Origin: an uncultured bacterium
GTDB lineage: Bacteria > Cyanobacteriota > Vampirovibrionia > Gastranaerophilales > Gastranaerophilaceae
DNA length: 61,597 nucleotides
NCBI GenBank assembly: GCA_902767275.1
Contig: CACXGY010000006.1
Coordinates: forward strand, 1 to 61,597
Direction of reading: 5' to 3'
A program made the translations under genes and the position numbers. Below, piece after piece: positions 17,893 through 28,752 of this stretch. Under the pieces are notes generated by a model. That model worked only from the letters and a program-made list of their open reading frames with translations. It searched no databases and was not told the DNA's origin. Each line of letters opens with the position of its first letter. Within the stretch, counting starts at the first letter, position 1.

Positions 17893-18705
17893 ATGAAGGA
17901 ACGACTGGATAAAATACTGGTTGATTTAGGTTATTTCGAGAACAAAAGCAAAGCCTCCGCCTCCATAATAGCGGGAGATATTCTTGTTAACGGTGAAAAA
18001 ATTACAAAGGCAGGGTTCCAATTAAACCCGCAAAAAGATTACGAGTTCACGGTCAAAACAATGCCGTATGTATCAAGAGGTGGTTTCAAACTTCAAAAAG
18101 CCCTTGATGCATTTTATTTTAATCCGCAAGACAGAATTTGCCTTGATGCAGGAGCATCAACAGGAGGTTTTACGGATTGTCTGCTCCAAAGAGGAGCAAA
18201 ATTTGTATATGCTGTTGATGTCGGATACGGACAACTCGCATGGAAATTACGTTCTGATAAAAGAGTTAAAACTATAGAAAAAACTAATCTGAAAATATGT
18301 TCACTAAAAGACATTTACACAGACAATGACCCGCTTGCCGACCTACTCGTTTCGGATATGTCTTTTATCTCACTTGAAAGAGTTTTGCCAAATCTTAAAA
18401 CGCTTTTAAATCCAAATTTTCATGAAATGATTTGTCTTATAAAACCACAATTTGAAGCAGGAAAAGAATACGTCGAAAAAGGTGGTGTTATAAAAGATAA
18501 ATCCGTGCATAAAATGGTAATAGAAAACGTTATTAATTGTGTACATTCACTAGAATACAATGTCTTAGGATTAACTTTTTCTTCAATAAAAGGTCCAAAA
18601 GGGAATATTGAATACCTCATTTATTTTTCAACCGACAAACAAACAGAAACCTCAGAGTATAACATTGACGAAGTAGTAAATTCCGCACACGAAACTCTAA
18701 ACTAA
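17893..18705 (+). CDS. tlyA: TlyA-family rRNA 2'-O-methyltransferase (S4 + FtsJ domains)
   Basis: MKERLDKILVDLGYFENKSKA (S4 domain) and CLDAGASTGGFTDCLLQRGAKFVYAVDVGYGQL. GGGGAAG RBS before ATG 17893. Confidence 0.85.
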   Translation: MKERLDKILVDLGYFENKSKASASIIAGDILVNGEKITKAGFQLNPQKDYEFTVKTMPYVSRGGFKLQKALDAFYFNPQDRICLDAGASTGGFTDCLLQRGAKFVYAVDVGYGQLAWKLRSDKRVKTIEKTNLKICSLKDIYTDNDPLADLLVSDMSFISLERVLPNLKTLLNPNFHEMICLIKPQFEAGKEYVEKGGVIKDKSVHKMVIENVINCVHSLEYNVLGLTFSSIKGPKGNIEYLIYFSTDKQTETSEYNIDEVVNSAHETLN

Positions 18706-19610
18706 TGCTTATTACGTTTCACACGAACACCTTCGACTTCGTGTACCGCTTCAACTACAATAAATGCTTTCTTATCTATACTTTTAACAATCTCTTTTAC
18801 TTTACTCATCTCTAACCTTGATACGACGCAGTATGTAATAATTTTTTCATCTCCCGAATACCCGCCACGACTGCGTATATATGTCACACTAACATCCAAT
18901 TCTTTCATAATCTTGTTCCCGATTTCTTTATACAAATTTGAAACAATTCTAACGGATTTGGATGAATTAAATCCGTCAATAATAACGTCAATCGTTCGAG
19001 AAGTTATAAAATATGTAATAATAGAATACATTGCCTGCTCAATATTAAAAACAAATATCGCAGCAGTATATATCAAAAGATTAAACCCCATAAGGAATTC
19101 GCCAATACTCATAAACGAAAATTTCTTAGATAATTTTATTGATAAAATTTCTGTTCCGTCTAAAGATGCACTATTCCGCAATATCAGACCCACACCTACA
19201 CCGAGAATAATACCACCAAATACAACGACTAAAAGCGGATCTTTTATAACAGTATAATGCAATCCAACAAAATACGTTGTCGCAAAACCAAGTACTATAA
19301 CCGAATAAAACGTCTGTAAGACAAACATTTTCCCTAAGTTTGTCCACGCTAAAAATATAAACGGCAGATTTAATAAAAATATTATCAAACCGAGATTAAA
19401 ATGAGTCAAATAATTCAACATCATTGATATCCCGATAACCCCGCCATCTATAACCTTATTCGGCAAAAGTATACACTCAAGTGCAAACGCAACAATAAAC
19501 GCTCCGATTGTTAATATTATAAATCTTAAAAACGTTTCCAGAAATATTTCAAGTTTTGTTTTCTTTTTTTCAACAAACTTTTTCTTAGGCCTAAAAATAT
19601 TAAAACTCAT
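18702..19610 (-). CDS. YitT-family membrane protein (DUF2179 C-terminal domain)
   Basis: Polytopic membrane protein with DGGVIGISMML, plus a C-terminal soluble domain (ITYCVVSRLEMSKVKEIV). Confidence 0.85.
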   Translation of the reverse strand: MSFNIFRPKKKFVEKKKTKLEIFLETFLRFIILTIGAFIVAFALECILLPNKVIDGGVIGISMMLNYLTHFNLGLIIFLLNLPFIFLAWTNLGKMFVLQTFYSVIVLGFATTYFVGLHYTVIKDPLLVVVFGGIILGVGVGLILRNSASLDGTEILSIKLSKKFSFMSIGEFLMGFNLLIYTAAIFVFNIEQAMYSIITYFITSRTIDVIIDGFNSSKSVRIVSNLYKEIGNKIMKELDVSVTYIRSRGGYSGDEKIITYCVVSRLEMSKVKEIVKSIDKKAFIVVEAVHEVEGVRVKRNKH

Positions 19611-19632
19611 CTGAAATATTCCTTACAACTGA

Positions 19633-20523
19633 CTATCTTTTAATAAAATTGTTAAAACTAAAGAAACTATTTTTCTTTTCATCATTTTCGGATTTAACAT
19701 TCAATATTTTTTCTAAATCTTCTTTAAGAGTAACAATATCATCATACTTTTTCAATGTTCCATCCATACAAATAGAAACATCCCCTGTTTCTTCCGAAAC
19801 GACAAGACAAGCACTATCACTAATTTCTGTTAAACCTATAGCCGCTCTGTGTCTTGTACCATACTTCCAACTGAGTTTAGGATTTTCTGTCAACGGAAGC
19901 AATACCCCTGCTGATAAGATTTTTTTATCCTTTATTACCATAGCACCGTCGTGTAACGGAGTATTCGGATGAAATATTGTTAATATTAACTCCGCAGAAA
20001 CATCAGCATTTAACTGAGTTCCAACCTCTGAATAAGTTGACGGACTAATATCATTTTGTAAAACTATCAAAGCACCCGTTTTTGTTTTAGTAAAATATTT
20101 TACTGATTCGATTAACTCTTTTATTACATCAATATTTTCATTAATATCATCGGATGGGTGAGGATTCATCCCAAAAAAAGTTTTACCGATAAACCCCGGT
20201 TGACCTAAATAACCTAAGAAACGTCTGAGTTCCGGCTGAAATATAACAATCAAACTCAAAGCAACAAGTGCTACCAGTGATTTTAAAAACATTCCCAATA
20301 TCTCTAATTGAAGAACTGTCAATATTTCACTGAATATCCACGCAAAAAATAAGAATAAAATCCCTCTTACCAATTTCTCAGACTGAGTATGTCTTATATA
20401 TTTTTTATAAAAAATAAGAACAACCGCTACAATAACAAATATTTCTAAGACATCCCACCAATCCCATGATGAGAAGATATGAGCCATCTGCATTTGTATC
20501 GGTTTTAAAAAGATTTCAAACAT
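19633..20523 (-). CDS. cdaA: diadenylate cyclase CdaA
   Basis: Three N-terminal TM helices. DAC motifs HDGAMVI and GTRHRAAIGLTEISDSACLVVSEETGDVS. Confidence 0.9.
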   Translation of the reverse strand: MFEIFLKPIQMQMAHIFSSWDWWDVLEIFVIVAVVLIFYKKYIRHTQSEKLVRGILFLFFAWIFSEILTVLQLEILGMFLKSLVALVALSLIVIFQPELRRFLGYLGQPGFIGKTFFGMNPHPSDDINENIDVIKELIESVKYFTKTKTGALIVLQNDISPSTYSEVGTQLNADVSAELILTIFHPNTPLHDGAMVIKDKKILSAGVLLPLTENPKLSWKYGTRHRAAIGLTEISDSACLVVSEETGDVSICMDGTLKKYDDIVTLKEDLEKILNVKSENDEKKNSFFSFNNFIKR

Positions 20524-21839
20524 TATTTTAACCTATCAGGAATTACATCGTGAGAAATCAAATCATCTAAGGTTTCTCTATTTACTATAATATCAGATTG
20601 TGAGTTATTTACAAGTACCATGGCAGATTTTTCAACCCTGTTATAATTACTTGCCATAGAATAATTATATGCACCGGTATTATAAACACAAAGTATATCA
20701 CCGGTTTCAGGCTTTGGAAGGACAATATTTTTTATTAAAATATCACCTGATTCACAAAATCTTCCTGCAATAGTAACTTTTTCTTCTATACGATTAGAAA
20801 TATCATTTGCTATCTCTGCTTCATATTCTGCCTGATACATGCTTGGTCTTGGATTATCAGCCATACCACCATCGACAGTGACATATTTTGTCATATTAGG
20901 AACTTGTTTCATACTGCCTATAGTATACAATGTTACACCGGAAGTAGAAATTATACTTCTTCCCGGTTCAATATATAACATTGGCGGTTCTGTATTATAT
21001 TTTTCAATATGTTTTTCTAAAGATGCTATTATCACATCAGCAACTTCATTTATAGAAGGCGGCATATCCTTTTCTGTGTATTTAACGCCTAATCCGCCGC
21101 CAATATTTATCTCATCAAGTTTTATACCAAATTTTTCTTCTATTCTTGATATCTCTTGTATCAAAACATCAATCTCATCGTGGAAACATTGAGGTTCAAA
21201 GATTTGTGAACCTATATGAGCGTGCAAACCTCTAATTCTAATATTTTGATGTTCTGTAGTTATTTTTTTAATAACCTCATCTGTCTGTGACAAATCAAAC
21301 CCAAATTTTGAATCAAGTTGACCTGTTTGAATATATTCATGGGTATGACATTCTATTCCGGGAGTTATTCTTAGCAGAACATCTACATTTGTATTATATT
21401 TACCCCCGACTTTTGATATCAAATCAACCTCAGCAAAATTATCAACAGAAATTCTGCCTATGCCATTTTTTATAGCGAAATCGAGTTCTTCTTCTGTTTT
21501 ATTATTACCGTTAAATAAAACTTTTTCTAAAGAAATCCCGCTTTTCAGAATAGTATAAATTTCACCGATTGAAACAGTATCAAATCCAAAACCTTCACTG
21601 TCAAGAATTTTTGAAACTGCACTTGTACACAATGCTTTTGATGCATACATCATTTTTGTATGAGGATATTTTTTAAACGCATTTTTATAATCGTGACAAA
21701 CACTTCTTAAAGTTTTTTCATCGATTACATATAACGGAGTGCCGTATTTTTCAGCCAAATCTTCCATTTTACATCCGCCAATATACAAATTTTTATTTCT
21801 CTCCACAGTTATTGGTTTTAGTTGTTGATTAGTTGTCAT
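20523..21839 (-). CDS. lysA: diaminopimelate decarboxylase
   Basis: Full-length similarity to LysA (YASKA, HAHIGSQI, GGGLGVKY, EPGRSI, CESGD). GAGGATGAGAGT RBS before ATG 21839; the ORF track extends to TTG 21902. Confidence 0.92.
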   Translation of the reverse strand: MTTNQQLKPITVERNKNLYIGGCKMEDLAEKYGTPLYVIDEKTLRSVCHDYKNAFKKYPHTKMMYASKALCTSAVSKILDSEGFGFDTVSIGEIYTILKSGISLEKVLFNGNNKTEEELDFAIKNGIGRISVDNFAEVDLISKVGGKYNTNVDVLLRITPGIECHTHEYIQTGQLDSKFGFDLSQTDEVIKKITTEHQNIRIRGLHAHIGSQIFEPQCFHDEIDVLIQEISRIEEKFGIKLDEINIGGGLGVKYTEKDMPPSINEVADVIIASLEKHIEKYNTEPPMLYIEPGRSIISTSGVTLYTIGSMKQVPNMTKYVTVDGGMADNPRPSMYQAEYEAEIANDISNRIEEKVTIAGRFCESGDILIKNIVLPKPETGDILCVYNTGAYNYSMASNYNRVEKSAMVLVNNSQSDIIVNRETLDDLISHDVIPDRLK

Positions 21840-22028
21840 ACTCTCATCCTCATGGTTTTTAATTATATATTTCAGGATACAGGAAAAATACTGAAATGAC
21901 AATAGTCTTTAGATAATTAATACTCCAATACAATTGTTTATAAATGATTTCAAGTTTTATAATCAGGCAATCAGTAAAAAGAACAGAAGTCTTAACTCAT
22001 TTAAAGTATTTATAGTATAATCATAATT

Positions 22029-22370
22029 ATGATAAGAGCATTTTTACCAATTATTTTATTAACATTATCAAATATATTCATGACATTTGCTTGGTATGGG
22101 CATTTAAAATATAAAAGTACTGCTTTATGGATAGTTATTCTTGTTAGTTGGGGTATAGCCTTCTTTGAATATTGTCTGCAAGTTCCGGCAAACAGAATAG
22201 GACACGGAATGTACTCAGCGGCACAACTTAAAACGATGCAAGAAGTAATTACACTTGTTGTATTTTCTGTGTTTTCAGTACTTTATTTAAAAGAAGAATT
22301 CAGATGGAATTATCTTGTAGGGTTTGTATTTATTATCCTTGCTGTATTTTTTATATTTAAAAAGTGGTAA
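22029..22370 (+). CDS. DMT-superfamily small membrane protein (DUF486)
   Basis: LSNIFMTFAWYGHLKY is the signature N-terminus of the DUF486 family, from memory. Four TM helices. Confidence 0.8.
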   Translation: MIRAFLPIILLTLSNIFMTFAWYGHLKYKSTALWIVILVSWGIAFFEYCLQVPANRIGHGMYSAAQLKTMQEVITLVVFSVFSVLYLKEEFRWNYLVGFVFIILAVFFIFKKW

Positions 22371-22380
22371 TAAACTGAAA

Positions 22381-23418
22381 TTATCTTCTTTTTTTACGTT
22401 CTTTTTTTGCTTCGTTAATACCTGTTTTATCCCAACTAAATCTGTGAGATTTTGCTTTTTCCATTAAGTTCCATCTTGATAAATTTTCCATATCATTGAA
22501 AGCCTTTTCATAATTGTTTTCTTTACTGTTCATAGATAAATAAGGTATACCGTTTTCTTTTGCGAGCATTTCGACTTTAGGGTCGTATGCAATAGCAAGA
22601 GTTTTAACCCCATATTTTACGGCAACAAGACAGGCATGAAATCTCATCCCAATCATACAATCATATTCCGATATATGATTTATAATTTCTTCATTTGTTA
22701 ACCCGCTCACTAATTTGACGTTTATATTAGGATCAACGTGTTTGAGTTTGTTTATAAATACTTGAGAAATTCCGACATCCATTTCGTCCTGCAAAGACAA
22801 TAATTCTATCTCTCTTGAATAATATCTTGATTTTATTTGAGTTACAATCTTGTCAAACAATTCATCAGTTAACGTTTCAAACTTTCTAAGTTGAATCCCG
22901 ATTTTTTGTGTTCTGACGGGTTGGCTAACCTCCATACTATACAATGGATCACATACGAGATTAGCATTTTTAATTTTCCATTTTTTCATCAAATCAAGAC
23001 TTTTTTCATCCCGTACAGATACATAATTACATTTTTTTATTAAACTTTTTGTCATAAGGGTCGACCAAAACCCTGTTATTGGTCCTATTCCTTGTGCAAA
23101 AATCATAACTTCTTTTTTCATAAGTTGTGCAAATTGGATAATACTTCCATAGAACCACAAACTTTTTGTACTTGTGACATTTTGCAATAAACTCCCGCCG
23201 CCGGAAATTAATACATCACATCGTGCAAGTTCTTTAATTACATGTTCTAAAGAAAAAGTGTATACGGTATGAACACCATAAGTATCAAAAGTTTTTCTTG
23301 GATTTGCACTTAATACGGTTACTTCGCAATCTTTGAGTTTGTCTAATAAAACTTTTAAAATTGCTTCATCGCCAAAATTATCAAAGCCATAATATCCTGA
23401 TATTAAGAATTTTTTCAT
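22381..23418 (-). CDS. csaB: polysaccharide pyruvyl transferase CsaB
   Basis: N-terminus ISGYYGFDNFGDEAIL and overall length are typical of CsaB. Confidence 0.8.
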   Translation of the reverse strand: MKKFLISGYYGFDNFGDEAILKVLLDKLKDCEVTVLSANPRKTFDTYGVHTVYTFSLEHVIKELARCDVLISGGGSLLQNVTSTKSLWFYGSIIQFAQLMKKEVMIFAQGIGPITGFWSTLMTKSLIKKCNYVSVRDEKSLDLMKKWKIKNANLVCDPLYSMEVSQPVRTQKIGIQLRKFETLTDELFDKIVTQIKSRYYSREIELLSLQDEMDVGISQVFINKLKHVDPNINVKLVSGLTNEEIINHISEYDCMIGMRFHACLVAVKYGVKTLAIAYDPKVEMLAKENGIPYLSMNSKENNYEKAFNDMENLSRWNLMEKAKSHRFSWDKTGINEAKKERKKRR

Positions 23419-23429
23419 TCATACTCCTC

Positions 23430-24041
23430 TTATAATGCCTTGATTTTATCAAATATGCGTTTAGTTTTAGTTGTTACTTCTTCTAAACTTCCGCATTCAC
23501 ACAAATCACGTCCTATCCCAACTGCTATAGAACCTGCTTTTATATAATCCGGTATTTCTTCACATTTTATATTCCCCATTGGCATAATATGAAGAAACGG
23601 CATTTGGCGTAGAATATCTTCAATATAACTTATCCCGCCGAGTGCTGTTGTAGGAAAAATTTTGATTAGTGGTATTCTGGATTTCCACGCACTGTATGCT
23701 TCGTTTGCGGTAGTTGCACCGGCAATAAACGGCACTCCAATATTTTTTGAAATTTTTACCATATTCATTTGAAATATTGGAGAGGAGAACATTTTTGCAC
23801 CCGCTTCAAATGCTGCATTCGCTTGCCACGTTGTAATTATACTCCCCGCACAAACATCTGCTTTTTTTGATATTTTGGAAATTACATCATAAATTTTTGC
23901 ATTCTCAACGTTTATTTCTAATATTTTTACACCACCTTCGATTAGTGCGTTTGCAATATCTTCCGCCTTGTTTGCATCCTTTTGTCTTATTATCGGGTAA
24001 AGTTTTTCTTTAGATAATATTTTTATTAAGTTTTTGTTCAT
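23430..24041 (-). CDS. eda: KDPG/KHG aldolase family protein
   Basis: 203 aa. LIEGGVKILEI, PFIAGATTANE and KIFP motifs typical of Eda aldolases. Confidence 0.8.
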   Translation of the reverse strand: MNKNLIKILSKEKLYPIIRQKDANKAEDIANALIEGGVKILEINVENAKIYDVISKISKKADVCAGSIITTWQANAAFEAGAKMFSSPIFQMNMVKISKNIGVPFIAGATTANEAYSAWKSRIPLIKIFPTTALGGISYIEDILRQMPFLHIMPMGNIKCEEIPDYIKAGSIAVGIGRDLCECGSLEEVTTKTKRIFDKIKAL

Positions 24042-24107
24042 AATCTGTCCTTTTTCCTAAATTTATTATATCATGGTAAAAGTTAATAGTGAATAGCGGG
24101 TAATAAA

Positions 24108-26042
24108 ATGCGGTTTATAAAGTTTTTGTTAGTATCACTTTCGGTTTGTTTATTTTTTCTCTTAGCGTACGTTGCTACGGATAATTTTTTAGAACCTAAA
24201 GCATACAATTATATGGTTAAAACATTTACCGCATATAAAACCGGAAGCAATAATATTGCTCTTATTGTTATTGATGACAAATCTATCGGCAGACATCGCT
24301 GGCCGTGGAGTCGTGATTTATATTGCGGAATATATGATTATTTTAAAGAGTATACAAATGCAAAAGTCATTATGTCTGATTCCATTGTTACTTCAAAAGA
24401 TAACCCGCAAGCAGATTTAAAATATTTTAAAACACTTAACGATATAGATAATCTCGTTGTAGGAGTTACATTCAGAGGGAAAGATTATAACGACCCTGCC
24501 TACGGTCTAAAATACGATGAAAGGCTTAAAAACAAATTTGCAATGAATATAACAGATATGAGAACTGATACTAATTATTTCCCGTTTAAAAGTGCTTCCA
24601 TTTTCCCTGAAGAATATTTTAATTCAGTTAAAATGCTCGGTGCTATTACCTCATTCAGTGATGATGACGGTTATTTGAGAGTGTCTATAGGAGCAATTAA
24701 TTATAAAGGGACATTTTATCCTTCACTTTCGTTGAGAGCGTATTTGTATCTTAACGGAGATGAGCCTGTCGTTATAAAAAATAATGCAATAATTTGTACT
24801 AGAAGCGGAGTCAAAATACCTATTATAAATGAGCCGTCAGGCTGCTATTCGTTAATAAGATATTATAAATTAAGAACACATAACGGAAGTTATTCTCACA
24901 AGACATATTCTGCGATTGATATAATGGATTCATACAAGGATTTAAAATCAGGCAAGACCCCTCTTATCAATCCAAAAGAGTTTGATAACAAGATTATACT
25001 AATCGGTGCAAACGTAAAAGCCGCAGCGACAGGGCTCGCTGATGTAAAACATACACCGATGTCGTCTGATCACTCAGGACTTGATGTTCAGGCTACAGTT
25101 TTTGACAATATTACTAACCAAGAGTTTATGCAATTAATTCCAAATACGGTTAATATTGTTGTTACTCTTGTTTTGATGGTATTAGCATTTTTTATAATAA
25201 GAAATTGCCCGCTTTTTTCAGCAATATCAGGAATTTCATTAATAGTTCTTATTTATATGATTTTGTGTGCATTGTTATTTAGACAAGGATACGCAATAAA
25301 TATATTAACCCCAATATCAATGATTATTATTACAATGATTTTTGCCTATTCACATAAATATATTTTAGAAGACAGAAACAAAGAAAAAATAAAAAATGCA
25401 ATGGGGAAATATATTTCGGAAGATATAATGAAAAATGTTGTAAAAAACATTGACGAATTAAAACTTGGCGGGAAAAAAGCGAATGTTACCGTTTTATTTG
25501 CGGATATAAGAGGATTTACCTCTATGAGTGAAAAACTTACTGCGGATGAAGTTTCTGTAATATTGAATGAATATTTTACGGAGATAGAACCGATAGTAAC
25601 AAGAAATAACGGTGTTATAAACAAATTTATCGGAGATGCTGTTATGGCAATTTTCGGAGAACCGATACAGGATGAAAATCACCCTAAAAATGCGGTAAGA
25701 TGTGCTTGTCAAATGTTGGATAAAGTAAAAGAACTTCAAGCAAAATGGCTTGATGAAGGAAAACCTAAAATAGAAATAGGAATAGGTATAAATACAGGCG
25801 AAGCCTTTGTCGGGAATATAGGTTCCGAAAAGCGTATGGAATATACTGTCATTGGAGATACAGTTAACCTTGCAAGCAGAATAGAAGGTAATAACAAAAT
25901 ATTTAAAACAAACTTGCTTATTAGCAGTTCGACCTATGCTTCTGTAAGAAGTATAGTAGATGTTGTAAAAATATCCGATGTTAAAATTAGAGGCAAAGAA
26001 AAAACACTCGATTTGTATGAGGTTATTCGTTTAATCGGATAA
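24108..26042 (+). CDS. CHASE2 sensor-domain class III adenylate/guanylate cyclase
   Basis: N-terminal TM helix plus IALIVIDDKSIGRHRWPWSR (CHASE2). TM cluster. Cyclase domain VTVLFADIRGFTSMSE, FIGDAVMAIFG, GDTVNLASR. Confidence 0.88.
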   Translation: MRFIKFLLVSLSVCLFFLLAYVATDNFLEPKAYNYMVKTFTAYKTGSNNIALIVIDDKSIGRHRWPWSRDLYCGIYDYFKEYTNAKVIMSDSIVTSKDNPQADLKYFKTLNDIDNLVVGVTFRGKDYNDPAYGLKYDERLKNKFAMNITDMRTDTNYFPFKSASIFPEEYFNSVKMLGAITSFSDDDGYLRVSIGAINYKGTFYPSLSLRAYLYLNGDEPVVIKNNAIICTRSGVKIPIINEPSGCYSLIRYYKLRTHNGSYSHKTYSAIDIMDSYKDLKSGKTPLINPKEFDNKIILIGANVKAAATGLADVKHTPMSSDHSGLDVQATVFDNITNQEFMQLIPNTVNIVVTLVLMVLAFFIIRNCPLFSAISGISLIVLIYMILCALLFRQGYAINILTPISMIIITMIFAYSHKYILEDRNKEKIKNAMGKYISEDIMKNVVKNIDELKLGGKKANVTVLFADIRGFTSMSEKLTADEVSVILNEYFTEIEPIVTRNNGVINKFIGDAVMAIFGEPIQDENHPKNAVRCACQMLDKVKELQAKWLDEGKPKIEIGIGINTGEAFVGNIGSEKRMEYTVIGDTVNLASRIEGNNKIFKTNLLISSSTYASVRSIVDVVKISDVKIRGKEKTLDLYEVIRLIG

Positions 26043-26073
26043 ATAATCTTTGTGAAGATTTGGAGTTGTTGGT

Positions 26074-28440
26074 TTGGAACAGATTGAACTTATTAAAAAA
26101 GCCATAAATGTCGAGGTTAAAAATAAATACATAAATATCAGAGGGAAAAAACAATACTTTTCAGATTTTATGAAAACACATATTCGACAAATCATGAAAC
26201 AATCCGAGATTCCTGAACGCTGGAAAGTTATACTACAGTATTTCAATCTGTATTCAACCTCGTCTTTGCCGGACAGAAAGAAAACAATTGAATATTTTAT
26301 TAAAGTAATGAAATTGGAACTCTCACAGAAAACAGAGAGAGAAACTGTTGAAAAAGACCCGCATTCTTCCGTTACATATATAAAAGGTGTCGGACCAAAA
26401 ATTGCTGTTATGTTGAATAAACTCGGCATTTTTACGGCAAGCGATTTATTGTTTTATTTTCCGAGAAAACATATTGATTATTCAAAACGAACACCGATTA
26501 GAAATCTGGAAGAAGGACAAACGACAACTGTATTCGGATATATAAAGTCCGTTGAAAGTTTTGTTACTCCAAAAGGTCTTGGAGTAATGAAAGTAAAAAT
26601 AGGAGATGAAACAGGCAGTATAACCCTAAATTTCTTTTATGCAAAGAGTACGAAGTATATACTCGAACGTTCAAAACGTCAATTTCCGACCGGTGCCGGA
26701 ATAATTATTTCCGGTACTGTTAAATTGAACACTTATGACGGTAAATATACACTTGAGAATACGAGTTATACAATTATGTCGGAGGATTTCCTGACAACAA
26801 AAAATAATTTGAATGTGGCAAGGATTGTTCCTATTTATTCTTTGAGCGAAAATCTCAACGTAAAAACTCTAAGAAAGGCTATTTATAACGCAATTCAACT
26901 ATATAAAAACAGTATATCAAATGTTGTTCCGGATTATATCAGAGAAAAATATCACCTGCTTGATAAAAAAGATGCCGTAGAACAAATACATTTTCCTGAT
27001 AATATGGATATGCTCGAAAAAGCACGATTTACTCTAATTTTTGAGGAACTGTTTCTTGTTCAATTAAAATTAGCACGAATTAGAGAACAAAATCGAACGG
27101 AAAATAAATCTTTGCCATTGCATATAAAACGTGACGGACTTGTCATGAAGTTTATAGAAGGCTTACCGTTCGAATTAACGGGAGCACAAAAACGTGCAGT
27201 TAATGAAATTTTAAATGATATGAACTCAACAGAACCGATGCAAAGATTACTGCAAGGAGATGTAGGGAGCGGAAAAACTGTTGTTGCCTGCATAATGCTG
27301 CTAGCAGCAGTAGAGAATGGTTATCAGGCTGCAATTATGGCACCGACTGAAATTCTGGCACAACAACATTATAACAATTTAGTTAATTGGTTAACACCAA
27401 TGGGTTTAAGCGTCGGACTATTTCTGGGCAGTCTTGGGAAAAAGCAACGAAAAGTTTTTGAAACAGGATTACGTAACGGTCAAATTAATATTGCGGTAGG
27501 TACACATGCACTGATTCAAGAAAGCGTGGAATTTGATAACTTAGGTGCGGTTGTGATTGATGAACAACACCGATTTGGTGTTAATCAAAGATTAATGTTG
27601 AGAAAAAAGGCTCAAAACCCTCAGATTTTAACAATGACTGCCACACCAATCCCAAGAACATTGGCAATCACGATGAACGGCGATTTAGACTTAACAATAA
27701 TTGATGAACTGCCAAAGGGCAGAAAACCGATTATAACAAAAATGAATATGCCGAAAAAACAAATATATCAACTAATTAGAGATGAAATAAATAAAGGACA
27801 TCAGGCATATATAGTTTATCCGCTGATTGATGAAAGTGAAACATTATCTGCAAAGGCAGCGACAAAAGAAGCCGAACGATTACAACAGACAGTCTTTAAT
27901 GATTTAAAAATCGGATTGTTACACGGAAAACTCAAAAACTCTGAAAAAGATGAAGTTATGGAAAAATTTAAGAATAAGGAATACGATATATTAGTGGCAA
28001 CAACCGTTGTTGAAGTCGGAGTTGATGTTCCTAATGCAACGGTAATTGTTATAGAAAATTCTGAAAGATTTGGTCTTTCACAATTACATCAATTACGAGG
28101 GAGGGTAGGACGTTGTAATTTACAATCGTATTGCATCCTTACGACATCAGCATCTTCCCCTGATGTAAAAAGTCGATTATCGGTTATGACAGAAACGAAT
28201 GACGGTTTTGTTATCGCAGAGAAAGATTTGGAAATAAGAGGGCCGGGAGAATTCTTAGGGGTGCGTCAAAGCGGATTGCCTGATTTGATGATTTCTGATA
28301 TTGTCAGAGATGCAAAGATTCTGGAACTTGCCAGAAGTGCTGCTATTGATTTTGTAAAAACTCATAATATAGAAGATTATCCGATTTTAAAGGATAGCAC
28401 AAATTTAACTTTAGACGGCACGTTGCTGTTGGGAACATGA
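26074..28440 (+). CDS. recG: ATP-dependent DNA helicase RecG (about 100-aa N-terminal extension)
   Basis: GVGPKIAVMLNKLGI wedge region, GDVGSGKT, DEQHRFG, TATPIPRT, QLHQLRGRVGR. TTG start 8 nt after GGAG. Confidence 0.92.
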   Translation: MEQIELIKKAINVEVKNKYINIRGKKQYFSDFMKTHIRQIMKQSEIPERWKVILQYFNLYSTSSLPDRKKTIEYFIKVMKLELSQKTERETVEKDPHSSVTYIKGVGPKIAVMLNKLGIFTASDLLFYFPRKHIDYSKRTPIRNLEEGQTTTVFGYIKSVESFVTPKGLGVMKVKIGDETGSITLNFFYAKSTKYILERSKRQFPTGAGIIISGTVKLNTYDGKYTLENTSYTIMSEDFLTTKNNLNVARIVPIYSLSENLNVKTLRKAIYNAIQLYKNSISNVVPDYIREKYHLLDKKDAVEQIHFPDNMDMLEKARFTLIFEELFLVQLKLARIREQNRTENKSLPLHIKRDGLVMKFIEGLPFELTGAQKRAVNEILNDMNSTEPMQRLLQGDVGSGKTVVACIMLLAAVENGYQAAIMAPTEILAQQHYNNLVNWLTPMGLSVGLFLGSLGKKQRKVFETGLRNGQINIAVGTHALIQESVEFDNLGAVVIDEQHRFGVNQRLMLRKKAQNPQILTMTATPIPRTLAITMNGDLDLTIIDELPKGRKPIITKMNMPKKQIYQLIRDEINKGHQAYIVYPLIDESETLSAKAATKEAERLQQTVFNDLKIGLLHGKLKNSEKDEVMEKFKNKEYDILVATTVVEVGVDVPNATVIVIENSERFGLSQLHQLRGRVGRCNLQSYCILTTSASSPDVKSRLSVMTETNDGFVIAEKDLEIRGPGEFLGVRQSGLPDLMISDIVRDAKILELARSAAIDFVKTHNIEDYPILKDSTNLTLDGTLLLGT

Positions 28441-28642
28441 TGAAGCAAAAGCATTAATACGCGAATAAAATGTTTATTTATTTTTGTTGTCAAATCTGTG
28501 TCAAGTTTAAACAATAATATTAGATTATTGTAAAAATAAGGTTTTTTGAATAAAACAAACACAGGGCTGTATGTTAGTTAAATTGGTACTCGAAGGCGTA
28601 TATAAAGTTTTGTAAAAAAGATTACGTTTTGTATCATTTTAA

Positions 28643-28671
28643 TTGACAGCATGGCAAAAAAAAGTTATAAT
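28643..28671 (+). promoter_or_regulatory. consensus sigma70-type promoter
   Basis: TTGACA (28643-28648), 17-nt spacer, TATAAT (28666-28671). About 80 nt upstream of the small ORF at 28753. Confidence 0.55.
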
Positions 28672-28752
28672 GAGTTTATTAAAAAATATCTATTGAAGTT
28701 TAGTGTATTAACATATTATAAATGTGTGGCTTTTCCATAAAAGGAGAAAATT

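Noticed and set aside
21840-22028. Lysine (L-box) riboswitch upstream of lysA
   Set aside because: The spacer is short, very AT-rich and shared with a divergent gene. Only one ATTTCAG/CTGAAAT hairpin was seen, with none of the GC-rich L-box core helices.
26031-26429. 132-aa minus-strand ORF across the cyclase/recG junction
   Set aside because: It is antisense to the well-supported recG N-terminus and has no homology features.
28555-28575. CACAGGGC resembling the c-di-GMP-I riboswitch core
   Set aside because: The match is limited to 8 nt, with no flanking P1/P2 helices or tetraloop-receptor. It also lies upstream of the predicted promoter rather than in a leader.
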